NCBI GenBank assembly: GCA_017441565.1
Contig: JAFRXG010000033.1
Span: 9,728 to 73,727 of the forward strand
DNA: 64,000 bases
Reading direction: 5' to 3'
DNA from: Bacteroidales bacterium
GTDB lineage: Bacteria > Bacteroidota > Bacteroidia > Bacteroidales > P3
Part shown: piece by piece, positions 9,798 to 20,427 of the stretch
Layout of the letters: the number at the start of each line of letters is the position of its first letter
How positions within the stretch are numbered: position 1 is the first letter of the stretch
Notes under the pieces: generated by a model
Databases searched by the model: none
What the model saw: only the letters and a program-made list of their open reading frames with translations
Told to the model about the DNA's origin: nothing
Translations under genes and position numbers: made by a program

Positions 9798-9874
9798 GGG
9801 CATACTCCCGTGTACGCCCATATCCGGGCAGAAGTACGCCCATACCCGGGCAGACACGGGAGTCTGCCCCTACC
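9793..9874. repeat. long imperfect hairpin (20-nt arms, 1 mismatch) enclosing a 21-nt direct repeat; possible terminator or REP-like element
   Basis: The arm ggtaggggcatactcccgtg (9793-9812) pairs with cacgggagtctgcccctacc (9855-9874). The loop contains gtacgcccatatccgggcaga and gtacgcccatacccgggcaga. Confidence 0.55.
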
Positions 9875-10013
9875 GATAAGACTCTATATAACAGCACAAT
9901 CATTCGGCCGACACCATGGGCGGGCCGCCCGTACCTTCAGTTACTGACATACGAGGTGGAAAAAAGGGGGTATTTTTTCACAAATTAGGTGCTGATATGT
10001 CGAAAAAAATTCG

Positions 10014-10021
10014 TATCTTTG
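10014..10021 (+). promoter_or_regulatory. candidate -7 box TATCTTTG upstream of gyrB
   Basis: TAnnTTTG match 36 nt upstream of the ATG at 10057. Confidence 0.45.
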
Positions 10022-10035
10022 CAAATTCTTAATGA

Positions 10036-11994
<1,959 letters not shown>

Positions 11995-12054
11995 CCCCTC
12001 TAGCCTTACTAGCAGAACTAGTATTACTAGTAAGACTAGACAAATAATATCATT

Positions 12055-12804
12055 ATGGACAAAAGAAACCTCTTACTTATCAGCAACAGCACCATGCGTG
12101 GTGAGGCTTACCTCGGCTGGTGCAAGGACGTGATTGCCGACTTCTGCCGTCGGCACAATGTGAAACGCGTGCTTTTCGTGCCATACGCCGGCGTGAGTCT
12201 GGCGGAGGGCGGCCTGACCAAGAGCTATGATGCCTACGAGGCAAAAGTGGCAAAGGTCTATGCCGAGTTTGGCGTAAAGCTGACCAGCGTGCACCACAAA
12301 ACCCTGCCCATCAACGCCGTGTACGACACTGACTGTTTGGCCGTGTGCGGTGGCAACACCTTCCACCTTGTGCGCCAGCTGCAGCGCACAGGCCTCATGC
12401 AGGCTATCCGCCAGCGTGCTTTCGACGGCATGCCTTACATGGGCTGGAGCGCCGGCAGCAACGTGGCAGGCCCCACCCTCTGCACCACCAACGACATGCC
12501 CATTGTCATGCCCGACTCGTTCGACTGCATGGGCCTCGTCCCCTTCCAAATCAACCCCCACTACACCGACTTCTTCGACCCCAAACACGGTGGCGAAACA
12601 CGCGACGACCGCCTAAAGGAGTACATCATGGTCAATCCCAAGGCCACCGTCGCCGCCATCCGCGAAGCCACCGCCCTGCTGCTTGAGAACGGCAACCTCT
12701 CACTGATTGGCAAACCCAACAAGATGAAAGTCTTCAAGACCAACATCGCCAACACCCAAGAACTCCCCCTCGATGCCGACATCAATTTCCTTCTAAAAGC
12801 ATAG
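12055..12804 (+). CDS. pepE: dipeptidase E (peptidase S51)
   Basis: 249 aa with LLLISNSTMRGEAYLGW..., VCGGNTFHL, and GWSAGSNV around the nucleophile Ser. Confidence 0.8.
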   Translation: MDKRNLLLISNSTMRGEAYLGWCKDVIADFCRRHNVKRVLFVPYAGVSLAEGGLTKSYDAYEAKVAKVYAEFGVKLTSVHHKTLPINAVYDTDCLAVCGGNTFHLVRQLQRTGLMQAIRQRAFDGMPYMGWSAGSNVAGPTLCTTNDMPIVMPDSFDCMGLVPFQINPHYTDFFDPKHGGETRDDRLKEYIMVNPKATVAAIREATALLLENGNLSLIGKPNKMKVFKTNIANTQELPLDADINFLLKA

Positions 12805-12808
12805 CACT

Positions 12809-13345
12809 ATGAAATGGTATTTTAAATGCTTAAAGCAGTACGCCGACTTTAGCGGTCGCGCCCGTAGGAAAGAGTACTGGTGGTTCACGCTCGTCAACTT
12901 CATCATTGCCTTTGCCCTGATGATTGGCTTGATGATACCCATAGCCAAGATGGGCTTTAATGCAGCAGCCTCTGGAACTGAAGACATTGACGAGATGGAG
13001 ATGATGCTCACCATCATGAAGAACCCTTTCATGTACATTTACATCATCTACTACCTTGCAATCCTCATCCCCAGCATAGCAGTAACCGTGCGCCGTCTGC
13101 ACGACATTGGCAAATCGGGCTACTGGGCAATCTTCATTTTCGGAAGCGCATTGCTCAGCTATGTGGCCCAGCTGTTCCAAATCACCAGTAGTGTCGCTTT
13201 CATCCTTTTCGGATTAGCCAGTTTTGTCATCATCATTATCAGCCTTGTGTGGATGTTCACCAACTCCGATTACGGTCCCAACCAGTACGGTCCGAACCCC
13301 AAAGGCGAAGGCAACCCGACAGAGGAAGTCACTACCGCAGCATAA
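12809..13345 (+). CDS. DUF805-family inner-membrane protein
   Basis: YADFSGRARRKEYWWF, RRLHDIGKSGYW and several hydrophobic helices. Confidence 0.8.
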   Translation: MKWYFKCLKQYADFSGRARRKEYWWFTLVNFIIAFALMIGLMIPIAKMGFNAAASGTEDIDEMEMMLTIMKNPFMYIYIIYYLAILIPSIAVTVRRLHDIGKSGYWAIFIFGSALLSYVAQLFQITSSVAFILFGLASFVIIIISLVWMFTNSDYGPNQYGPNPKGEGNPTEEVTTAA

Positions 13346-13383
13346 GTCCGCAGCACAGCGTTCTTCTTTAACAAAGAAAGCCT

Positions 13384-14223
13384 ATGACAAAATACATCGG
13401 AGCACATGTAAGCGCGTCGGGCGGTGTGAGCAACGCCATCCTCAATGCCGAAGCTATTGGGGCCAATGCCTTTGCGCTCTTCACCCGCAACCAGCGCAGC
13501 TGGATGAGCAAACCCCTCGGACAGGAAGAAATCAACGGATTCAAACAACTGTTGAAAGAGCGTGGCTTCGAGCCGCAATACGTGCTGCCCCACGACAGCT
13601 ACCTTATCAACCTCGGCTCGCCCGACGAGGAGACACTACAGAAAAGCCGCAACGCCTTCCTCGACGAGATGCAACGTGCCCAACAGCTAGGTCTGACCAT
13701 GCTCAACTTCCACCCCGGCAGCCACTTGAACAAGATAAGCGAAGAGGAATGCCTCGACCAGATAGCCCGCGAAGTAAACGCCGCCCTGGCGCAGACCGAA
13801 GGCGTCACCGCCGTCATCGAGAACACCGCCGGACAGGGCACCAACCTCGGTTGGAAGTTCGAGCATATCGCCCGCATCATCGATGGCATCGACGACAAGA
13901 GCCGCGTAGGCGTCTGTATCGACACCTGCCACACCCTCGCCGCCGGCTACGACCTCAGCAACGAAATGGGCTACCAGTTCTGCTTCGACGACTTCGAAAG
14001 CATCATAGGGCTGAAATACCTTAGAGCCATACACCTCAACGACAGCAAGAAAAGTGCCGGCTCGCATGTCGACCGCCACGAGGCCCTCGGCAACGGCTAC
14101 CTCGGACGCGACTTTTTCACCCGCTTCATGCACGACCCCCGTTTCGACAATATGCCCATCATACTCGAAACTCCCGACCCGGCCATCTGGGCTCAGGAAA
14201 TCAGCTGGCTCAGAAGCCTCTAA
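13384..14223 (+). CDS. nfo: deoxyribonuclease IV (AP endonuclease, Nfo)
   Basis: 279 aa with [38 protein letters not shown] and HLNDSK. Confidence 0.9.
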   Translation: MTKYIGAHVSASGGVSNAILNAEAIGANAFALFTRNQRSWMSKPLGQEEINGFKQLLKERGFEPQYVLPHDSYLINLGSPDEETLQKSRNAFLDEMQRAQQLGLTMLNFHPGSHLNKISEEECLDQIAREVNAALAQTEGVTAVIENTAGQGTNLGWKFEHIARIIDGIDDKSRVGVCIDTCHTLAAGYDLSNEMGYQFCFDDFESIIGLKYLRAIHLNDSKKSAGSHVDRHEALGNGYLGRDFFTRFMHDPRFDNMPIILETPDPAIWAQEISWLRSL

Positions 14224-14231
14224 ACAAAGCG

Positions 14232-14277
14232 CGCTGCCCTTTCATTCCAATGCCACAGCTCGGAAGAAAGGGCAGCG
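14232..14277. terminator. bidirectional terminator hairpin between convergent genes
   Basis: 12-bp perfect stem cgctgccctttc / gaaagggcagcg with a ~22-nt loop, lying between nfo (+) and 14318..15166 (-). Confidence 0.5.
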
Positions 14278-14317
14278 TGCGTTATAGTGATGACAATGTT
14301 CCTTACAGACTTATTTG

Positions 14318-15166
14318 CTATCTAATCAAAGTGATAGTGCCTTTCCGTTGGTGGCGGAAGCCATCCCTATCGGTAAAGTAGACAATATACACATACGTGG
14401 CCTGCGGCATCTCGCGGCCTCGGAATGTGCCGTCCCAGCCATGATTGATATCGCTACTTATAAACACTTGCGTACCACCACGGTTGAAGATAGCCATCTT
14501 ATAGTTGCTGACCACGTCACCCGCATGGTTCATCCGCGGACGGAAGATGTTGATTTCCTCATCGTCCGAACCTGGGATAAAGACATTGGGAAACCACAGA
14601 ATAGTATCCTCATTAGGCACTACCACTGCCGACTTGCTGGACGACTTGGCGGGCTGTGGATTCACAGCAGGCTGCTCTACAACAAGCTGGGGTTCGGGTT
14701 CTGATACAACTGGTGCTGGCTCGGCAACCGATTCGCTCTTTGGCAACGTCAGCGGCGCTACAGGTGCCTCCTTTACAACCGCAGGCCGAAGTTCGGCCTT
14801 GGCTTCCTGCTGCGAGGCAACCGCCGGAGCCTGTGAGGATTCCACCACCGGGGAAACGGGTTCTGAGGGCTGTTGCACTATCACAGGCTTTGCAGCCTCA
14901 GCCTTAGCCGGCTCTGGCGTAGCAATTGGTTGAACATTCAGCCGTTCAGTATTCATCTGTGCCACTTGTGGAGCCGTTTGAGCGGCCGGGGCTGACACCT
15001 CCGAAGGCCAATTGACCGTTGCCACTATTGCAGAGGCAACAATGACAGCCCCCGCAGCCGCAGTCAACGCCTGACGGCGGATAGCCTTGCGGCGGATGGT
15101 CTTCTGAATCCGATCCCACACTTCGGGGTCGGGGTTCGCTCTGTAATTCTTCAACTTGTCATTCAT
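14318..15166 (-). CDS. single-pass membrane protein with Pro/Ala-rich linker and T9SS type-B (gliding-motility CHU_C-like) C-terminal domain; putative anti-sigma partner
   Basis: 282 aa with a short N-terminal cytoplasmic segment, a TM helix (ALTAAAGAVIVASAIVATV) and a P/A/E/V-rich linker. The C-terminus FPNVFIPG...IFNRGGTQVF...GWDGTFRGREMPQATYVYIVYF...KGTITLIR fits the type-B CTD. It lies 23 nt downstream of the ECF sigma gene. Confidence 0.65.
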   Translation of the reverse strand: MNDKLKNYRANPDPEVWDRIQKTIRRKAIRRQALTAAAGAVIVASAIVATVNWPSEVSAPAAQTAPQVAQMNTERLNVQPIATPEPAKAEAAKPVIVQQPSEPVSPVVESSQAPAVASQQEAKAELRPAVVKEAPVAPLTLPKSESVAEPAPVVSEPEPQLVVEQPAVNPQPAKSSSKSAVVVPNEDTILWFPNVFIPGSDDEEINIFRPRMNHAGDVVSNYKMAIFNRGGTQVFISSDINHGWDGTFRGREMPQATYVYIVYFTDRDGFRHQRKGTITLIR

Positions 15167-15189
15167 ATTATATCCTCGTTACTTGTTTA

Positions 15190-15750
15190 TCAATCCATAG
15201 AAGAGCTTTCGGGTGTAACGCCCAACCGCCCTCTAATCATCTTCTTAGCCCGATGCACATACGACCGCACCGTGGTCTCTGGCACCTTCATCTTCTCCGA
15301 GATTTCCTTATACTCCATCTCTTCCACCTCCCTCATGTTGAAAGCCAGACGGTAAGGCTCGGGAAGGGTTTGCAGTATCTCCACAATCTTTTCCACTGTC
15401 GTCTCTCGGTCAAAATCCCATTGTTCCAATTCTATAAAATCGTTCTGCTCGTCACGTTCCTCCAAATCGCAATACACCAGCATCTGGTTCTCCAGCGCAT
15501 GGTTGACCGCCACACTGAGCATAATCTTGTAAACCCACTTGACCAACGCCTGCGCATTCCTAAGCTGACCTATTCGCTCAAACACCTTTACAAAACCATC
15601 GTGGAGCAAATCCTGCGCATCCTCGCGCGACCGCGCATAACGCATACACACACCCATCATCACCGGCGACAACTCCTCATAAAGGAGTTTCATGGACTTT
15701 TGGTCCTTACGCTTACAGGCTGCTACGACTTGTTCCGGATCGTTTAACAT
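15190..15750 (-). CDS. ECF-type RNA polymerase sigma-70 family factor
   Basis: 186 aa with region 2 DAQDLLHDGFVKVF and the region 4 HTH EMEYKEISEKMKVPETTVRSYVHRAKK. Confidence 0.85.
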   Translation of the reverse strand: MLNDPEQVVAACKRKDQKSMKLLYEELSPVMMGVCMRYARSREDAQDLLHDGFVKVFERIGQLRNAQALVKWVYKIMLSVAVNHALENQMLVYCDLEERDEQNDFIELEQWDFDRETTVEKIVEILQTLPEPYRLAFNMREVEEMEYKEISEKMKVPETTVRSYVHRAKKMIRGRLGVTPESSSMD

Positions 15751-15782
15751 ATATATAAGACCGAAAAAAGGCCATTTTGTTG

Positions 15783-15790
15783 CAAAAATA
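15783..15790 (-). promoter_or_regulatory. candidate -7 box (TATTTTTG on the minus strand) for the sigma operon
   Basis: The plus strand reads caaaaata, 33 nt upstream of the start at 15750. Confidence 0.4.
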
Positions 15791-16276
15791 CAAGAAAAAA
15801 ATCACTTTTTACATAGTCACCACTCACATTTTTCACCTTCATCACGATAAACTATTATAGTTCAGCAATATCCAGTTTACCACATTTTCGCCCTCGCCTA
15901 TCATAAAAAGGATTAAAACGTCGCACCCCTCCCACCGCGGACTCTGAATATCGCCATTACTCTATTACTGTTACACTTCTTTTTTTGCTACGATTTCGTT
16001 TCATAATAAAAAATGAAACCATATATAGAACGAACCAAAATGGAGGGAAAAGAGGGTAGAAAAGGTGAAACTGGTGTCACTCCGCGACGAAAGTGGAATG
16101 GTCGGAGGAACTATAAAATGAGGAATACGGCATTGGACCGCCCAGCCTTCCGCCAAATGCCGCATTAACGAAATCAGTTCTTTTGAGAGCCTCGTGCGAG
16201 GCATTGCACCATGGTTGGCGGAGCATCCTTCTGCGAGTGATTTGCACATTTTTTTACCCATGTCAAAAAAAAAACG

Positions 16277-16284
16277 TATTTTTG
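16277..16284 (+). promoter_or_regulatory. candidate -7 box TATTTTTG upstream of rnpB
   Basis: TAnnTTTG match about 36 nt before the inferred P1 stem. Confidence 0.4.
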
Positions 16285-16319
16285 CAGTTTGAAAGAAGAA
16301 AACAGTACATTGAAATAAA

Positions 16320-16691
16320 CGGCAACTGACTCTATCGCTGGCAATGCCCTTGCGGGTATTGCGAGAGGAAAGTCCGGGCAACACGAGCCACCATACTTCC
16401 TAACGGGAAGGCGGCAGGAAGGCAAGCGTCCTGCCGACAGCAAGTGCCACAGAAAGACAAACCGCCTACGGGCAAGGGTGCAAGCGCGAGGTAAGAGCTC
16501 ACGACGGGCATCAGCAATGGTGCCCGATGGCAAACCTTATGGGTTGAAAGACCAAATATACCGACAGTTGTAGGGCCGGCTCGCCTGATGTCGGGGGGTA
16601 GGTTGATAGAGGCCGGCGGTGACGCCGGCAGTAGATTAATGATAGAGACTGCCGCATGCGGCAGAACAGAACCCGGCTTATGAGGTTGCCG
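16320..16691 (+). ncRNA. rnpB: RNase P RNA, bacterial type A
   Basis: Universal motifs GAGGAAAGTCCGGGC (16364-) and ACAGAACCCGGCTTA (16666-) are present. P1 pairs cggcaac (16320-) with gttgccg (-16691) and is followed by a T-run. The ORFs drawn across this region are spurious. Confidence 0.9.
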
Positions 16692-16727
16692 TTTTTTTTT
16701 TATGAACATTAAACGAGACACTCCCAA

Positions 16728-17498
16728 ATGAAGAAACTCATCTTAGTATCGCTATTGGTAGCACTTTTGGCATCAGCTTGTTATAACGAGGGGCAGCTCG
16801 TCGTCAACCCTGCCCCGCTGACACAATACATGTTCCAACCCACTGAGTCCAAACTGCGCGATGTGGCCAAGGCCTATGCCGAAGCCATCAACTACAATTT
16901 GGAGAAAGGGACGCTACACCCGGGGCTCTACGCCGATTATGGAGTGGCATTGGCACGGCTGGGCTGCATCGAACAGGCCAACGTGATGTTTAACAACGAG
17001 AAAGTCTTCTTCCCAAACAGCACTGCCTATGTCGACTACCTTATCAGCGTGCTCACCCCCGGGATGAAAGCCGTGAGCCATATAGACACCTCGCGCATCA
17101 ACATCAAGACACTCGACACCATCAAGGTAACCCTCACACCCGAAGAAGAGGCCTTCCAGCGCCAGTTGGACAATGACCCTGAATACCAACGCCTCCTTAA
17201 GCAACAGATGAAGGAGGAGAAAGAGCAGAAGGCCCTAGAGACAAAGAAAGCCAAGGCCGAGATGGCCAAAGCCAAGGAAGCCGAACGCAAGGCCAAGGCA
17301 AAAGCCAAGGAGAAGGCCCAGAAGGAGAAGGCTGCTGCCAAGAAGGAGGCCGAAAAGGCTCGCAAACAGGCAGCCAAAGAAGCCGAGAAGGCCAAGAAAG
17401 AAGCAGCCAAAGCCAAGAAGAAAGAGGCCAAAGCAGCTGCCAAAGCCAAGAAAGAAGCAGAAGACACGAAAAGGAAATCAAAAGAAACCCAAGAATAG
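16728..17498 (+). CDS. DUF4810-like lipoprotein with a ~100-aa Lys/Ala/Glu-rich C-terminal tail
   Basis: Lipobox LLASAC, plus HPGLYADYGVALARLGCIEQANVMFNNEKVFFPNS, which resembles the DUF4810 core. The tail is KAKAEMAKAKEAERKAKAKAKEKAQKEKAAAKKEAEKARK... Confidence 0.6.
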   Translation: MKKLILVSLLVALLASACYNEGQLVVNPAPLTQYMFQPTESKLRDVAKAYAEAINYNLEKGTLHPGLYADYGVALARLGCIEQANVMFNNEKVFFPNSTAYVDYLISVLTPGMKAVSHIDTSRINIKTLDTIKVTLTPEEEAFQRQLDNDPEYQRLLKQQMKEEKEQKALETKKAKAEMAKAKEAERKAKAKAKEKAQKEKAAAKKEAEKARKQAAKEAEKAKKEAAKAKKKEAKAAAKAKKEAEDTKRKSKETQE

Positions 17499-17507
17499 AC
17501 TATCCCT

Positions 17508-18296
17508 ATGAAACATATACGCCTGCTCATACCGTTGATGACGCTTCTAATCCTCTGCTCCTGCAAGAGCGAGAAGCGCATTGCCACCTACGAGGAGCTC
17601 TACAAGGAGCAGCCTTTTGTCATCCTCGCCGCCCCCACGATGGACAAGGCCCAACGCCCGCTTCCGAAGACCACACACGACCGTCTGCTGGCAGACGAGC
17701 TCACGCAGGCTGCTCAATTTGTCCGCCAGTCCATCTCCGAGCCACTAGTGAACCAAGGCTACTACCTTATTTCTCCCCTTGCCACCGATGTCCTCCTCGA
17801 CACCATCGGCAAGGATTACAAGCAATTGGCTCATGACGACCTCACTTTCCTCTCCACCATTTACGGCATCGATGCGGTGCTGCTCATCACCATTCACAAA
17901 TGGCAGGAGCCTGAAGTCAACGAAGTGGTGGTATTCGCCGAGTACACCCTCCGCTCCACTAAGACCGGCTTAGAGCTGATGCATAGCTGGGTGAGGGGCA
18001 GCAAGATGCAGCCTGTGGATGCCAAAGGTGCCCCCGTGGAGCTGAGCACCGACATCGAATTCATCAACCGCACCGGCTTCAACAGCCGCCTTGCCCATCG
18101 CTGCATCCTGTTGCAGGCCATGAGCGACTTTGTGCTTCGGAGCCTTCCTACAGGCGCCAGCCGGTGGTATTTCCGCCACGACCAATACATATCTGCCAAC
18201 CCCAGCTTCTACGGCTTCACCATCTTCCCTGACGGCAGCATAGAACGTTCATCAGTTACTGAAGAAGTATTTGGAGATGCGTGTTTCAAAGATTGA
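17508..18296 (+). CDS. DUF799 (GNA1162-like) lipoprotein
   Basis: Lipobox LILCSC, plus ...PLVNQGYYLISPL... and ...YGIDAVLLITIHKW..., typical of DUF799. Pairing with DUF4810 is the usual arrangement. Confidence 0.55.
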   Translation: MKHIRLLIPLMTLLILCSCKSEKRIATYEELYKEQPFVILAAPTMDKAQRPLPKTTHDRLLADELTQAAQFVRQSISEPLVNQGYYLISPLATDVLLDTIGKDYKQLAHDDLTFLSTIYGIDAVLLITIHKWQEPEVNEVVVFAEYTLRSTKTGLELMHSWVRGSKMQPVDAKGAPVELSTDIEFINRTGFNSRLAHRCILLQAMSDFVLRSLPTGASRWYFRHDQYISANPSFYGFTIFPDGSIERSSVTEEVFGDACFKD

Positions 18297-19002
18297 GCTC
18301 TCGCTCACCCCGGCATTATACGACTACCGCGGAATTCGCGAGCATCACACCGTGGTGGCTGTGGACATCCTGCGCGCCACCACGGCCATCTGCGCTGCCT
18401 TCCAAGCGGGGGTGGAGGCGATAGTGCCACTTGATAGTTTAGAAGGGCTTGACCACTACAAGGCCCTTGGCTTTATCAGTGCCGCCGAACGGGGTGGCAG
18501 GAAGGTGAAAGATGCCGAGTGCGGCAACTCCCCCACCGAATACCTCACCATGGACCTCCGTGGCAAAAAGATGGCCTACAGCACCACCAACGGCACCGTG
18601 TGCATACTTCGCGGCAGCGATGCGGAACGCACCCTCGTAGGAGCTTTCGCCAACATCACTGCCCTCACCCACCAGCTGCTGATAGAGCCACAAGATTTGG
18701 TCATCCTCTGTAGTGGCTGGAAGAACGACTTCAGCATCGAAGACACCCTCTTTGCAGGAGCCTTGTGCCAGCGGCTGATAGAGAGCGGGGCTTATGCCTC
18801 AAGCCACGATGCCGTTCACATGGCACTAGACTTCTGGCGGATGTGCGACAACCGGCCATACGAATACTCCATGCTCCACGCGAGCCATGTGCAGCGCCTT
18901 ATCGGATTCGGCGCACAAAAGGACATCGAATTCGCATTCCAACACGACACCTGTCCCTTAGTACCCATTCTTAGGGAAGGGATATTGAGCATAACGAAAT
19001 GA
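18271..19002 (+). CDS. 2-phosphosulfolactate phosphatase family protein (ComB-like)
   Basis: VVAVDILRATTAICAAF..GVEAIVP and CGNSP motifs. The true start may be the ATG at 18277, since the ORF overlaps the previous gene. Confidence 0.7.
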   Translation: MEMRVSKIELSLTPALYDYRGIREHHTVVAVDILRATTAICAAFQAGVEAIVPLDSLEGLDHYKALGFISAAERGGRKVKDAECGNSPTEYLTMDLRGKKMAYSTTNGTVCILRGSDAERTLVGAFANITALTHQLLIEPQDLVILCSGWKNDFSIEDTLFAGALCQRLIESGAYASSHDAVHMALDFWRMCDNRPYEYSMLHASHVQRLIGFGAQKDIEFAFQHDTCPLVPILREGILSITK

Positions 19003-19661
19003 AAAAGGCTTCAGTTTATATAGCAATCCTCCTGCTGACGGTTTCATGCCCCATGGCCAATGCACAGCGTAGTGACACACTCCGCTGCCATTCCACCCAT
19101 GCTTTCACATGGCAGCAATCAATAGCCCCTGCAGCGTTGATAGGTACAGGCACCGCCATATCTTTCACGCCGCTGCACACCCACTTCGACGACAACATCA
19201 ACAATTGGTTGCAACACGACGGCCACCCGCGCTTCGAAGTAGAGAACTACCTACAGTACACCACGCTTGCCTCAGTGTTCATTCTCAAGGCCTGCAACAT
19301 AGAAAGCCGACACAGTTGGCGCGACCTCGTATGCCTCGAAGCGGGGGCTTCCATCTTTGCCTTCTCCATTAATACCGGCCTCAAACATGCCCTCCACGTC
19401 GAACGGCCTTACGACGGAGTGTACAACAGCTTCCCCTCAGGGCATACCGTCACCGCCTTCCTCGGTGCCGAAATCCTACGGCGCGAATACGGCGAGGAAT
19501 ACCCCGCCATAGCCGTTGCGGGCTACACTGTAGCCACAGGCATCGGAGTAATGCGCATGTATAACAACCGCCATTGGGCCAGCGATGTTCTAGCCGGAGC
19601 GGGAATCGGCATCCTCAGTGCCAGCCTTATGTACTGGCTGGCACCCTACCTGACATTCTAG
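18999..19661 (+). CDS. PAP2-family phosphatase (membrane)
   Basis: The acid-phosphatase motifs KHALHVERP, PSGHT and NRHWASDV are present, and the start overlaps the upstream gene in ATGA. Confidence 0.85.
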   Translation: MKKASVYIAILLLTVSCPMANAQRSDTLRCHSTHAFTWQQSIAPAALIGTGTAISFTPLHTHFDDNINNWLQHDGHPRFEVENYLQYTTLASVFILKACNIESRHSWRDLVCLEAGASIFAFSINTGLKHALHVERPYDGVYNSFPSGHTVTAFLGAEILRREYGEEYPAIAVAGYTVATGIGVMRMYNNRHWASDVLAGAGIGILSASLMYWLAPYLTF

Positions 19662-19716
19662 AAACAACCTGTAGAACTAGCATTACTAATAGTGCCAGCA
19701 TAAGACACTCTCCGCC

Positions 19717-20424
19717 ATGCAGCCCATCGCACACATCGAGACCTGCTTCCCCTCCAAATTCGGCATCCCGCGTCAGGCGGGCATCGTCGACACACCGGGA
19801 CGCATCATCTTCGATCCGCCCTACCGCGTGCGCGAAGCCGTACGGGGGCTTGAAGGTTTCGACTACATCTGGATTATCTGGCAGTTCAGCCAAGCAGTAC
19901 GCGACGACTGGTCGCCCACCGTGCGGCCACCCCGCTTGGGCGGCAACGAGAGGATGGGCGTCTTCGCCACCCGCAGCCCCTTCCGGCCTAACCCCATAGG
20001 ACTTTCATCGGTTCGTTTGGTGAAGGTGGAGATGAATGAACAGCTAGGGCCTGTGCTGCACGTCAGCGGTGCCGACCTCATGGACGGCACCCCCATCTAC
20101 GACATCAAGCCCTACCTGCCCTACGCCGACAGCCACCCCGATGCCCGCAGCGGCTTCGCCACACAGCCTTCAGACCTACTGCTTGACGTGCTCTGCCCTT
20201 CTGACCTGCTTGAACGTCTGCCCGCCGACCTTCGGCAGCCCCTGCTTGATGTGCTAGCCCACGACCCCCGTCCGCAATACCAGCACGACCCCGACCGCGT
20301 CTACGGCATGACCTTCAGCGGCTATGACATCCATTTCCGAGCCGACGACACTCAGATAACAGTAGTGGACATCACTTCTGAATGTGTAAACGAGGGAACG
20401 CGTTATTCCCAAGTCGGTCATTAG
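19717..20424 (+). CDS. trmO: tRNA (t6A37-N6)-methyltransferase TrmO/TsaA family
   Basis: IAHIETCFPSKFGIPRQ, FATRSPFRPNPIGLS and DGTPIYDIKPY. Confidence 0.8.
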   Translation: MQPIAHIETCFPSKFGIPRQAGIVDTPGRIIFDPPYRVREAVRGLEGFDYIWIIWQFSQAVRDDWSPTVRPPRLGGNERMGVFATRSPFRPNPIGLSSVRLVKVEMNEQLGPVLHVSGADLMDGTPIYDIKPYLPYADSHPDARSGFATQPSDLLLDVLCPSDLLERLPADLRQPLLDVLAHDPRPQYQHDPDRVYGMTFSGYDIHFRADDTQITVVDITSECVNEGTRYSQVGH

Positions 20425-20427
20425 GGT

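Noticed and set aside
15791-16276. ~480-bp gene-free stretch between the sigma promoter and the rnpB promoter, with a possible 51-codon ORF (MKPYIERTKMEGKEG...) and small hairpins such as gtttcat/atgaaac.
   Set aside because: The ORF has a highly basic, low-information sequence with no support. The hairpins are short. I could not recognise any RNA family or repeat, so it is left unannotated.
16001-16727. Three overlapping minus-strand ORFs (127, 119 and 131 aa).
   Set aside because: They run antisense through the RNase P RNA gene and its promoter region. The universal rnpB motifs are on the plus strand.
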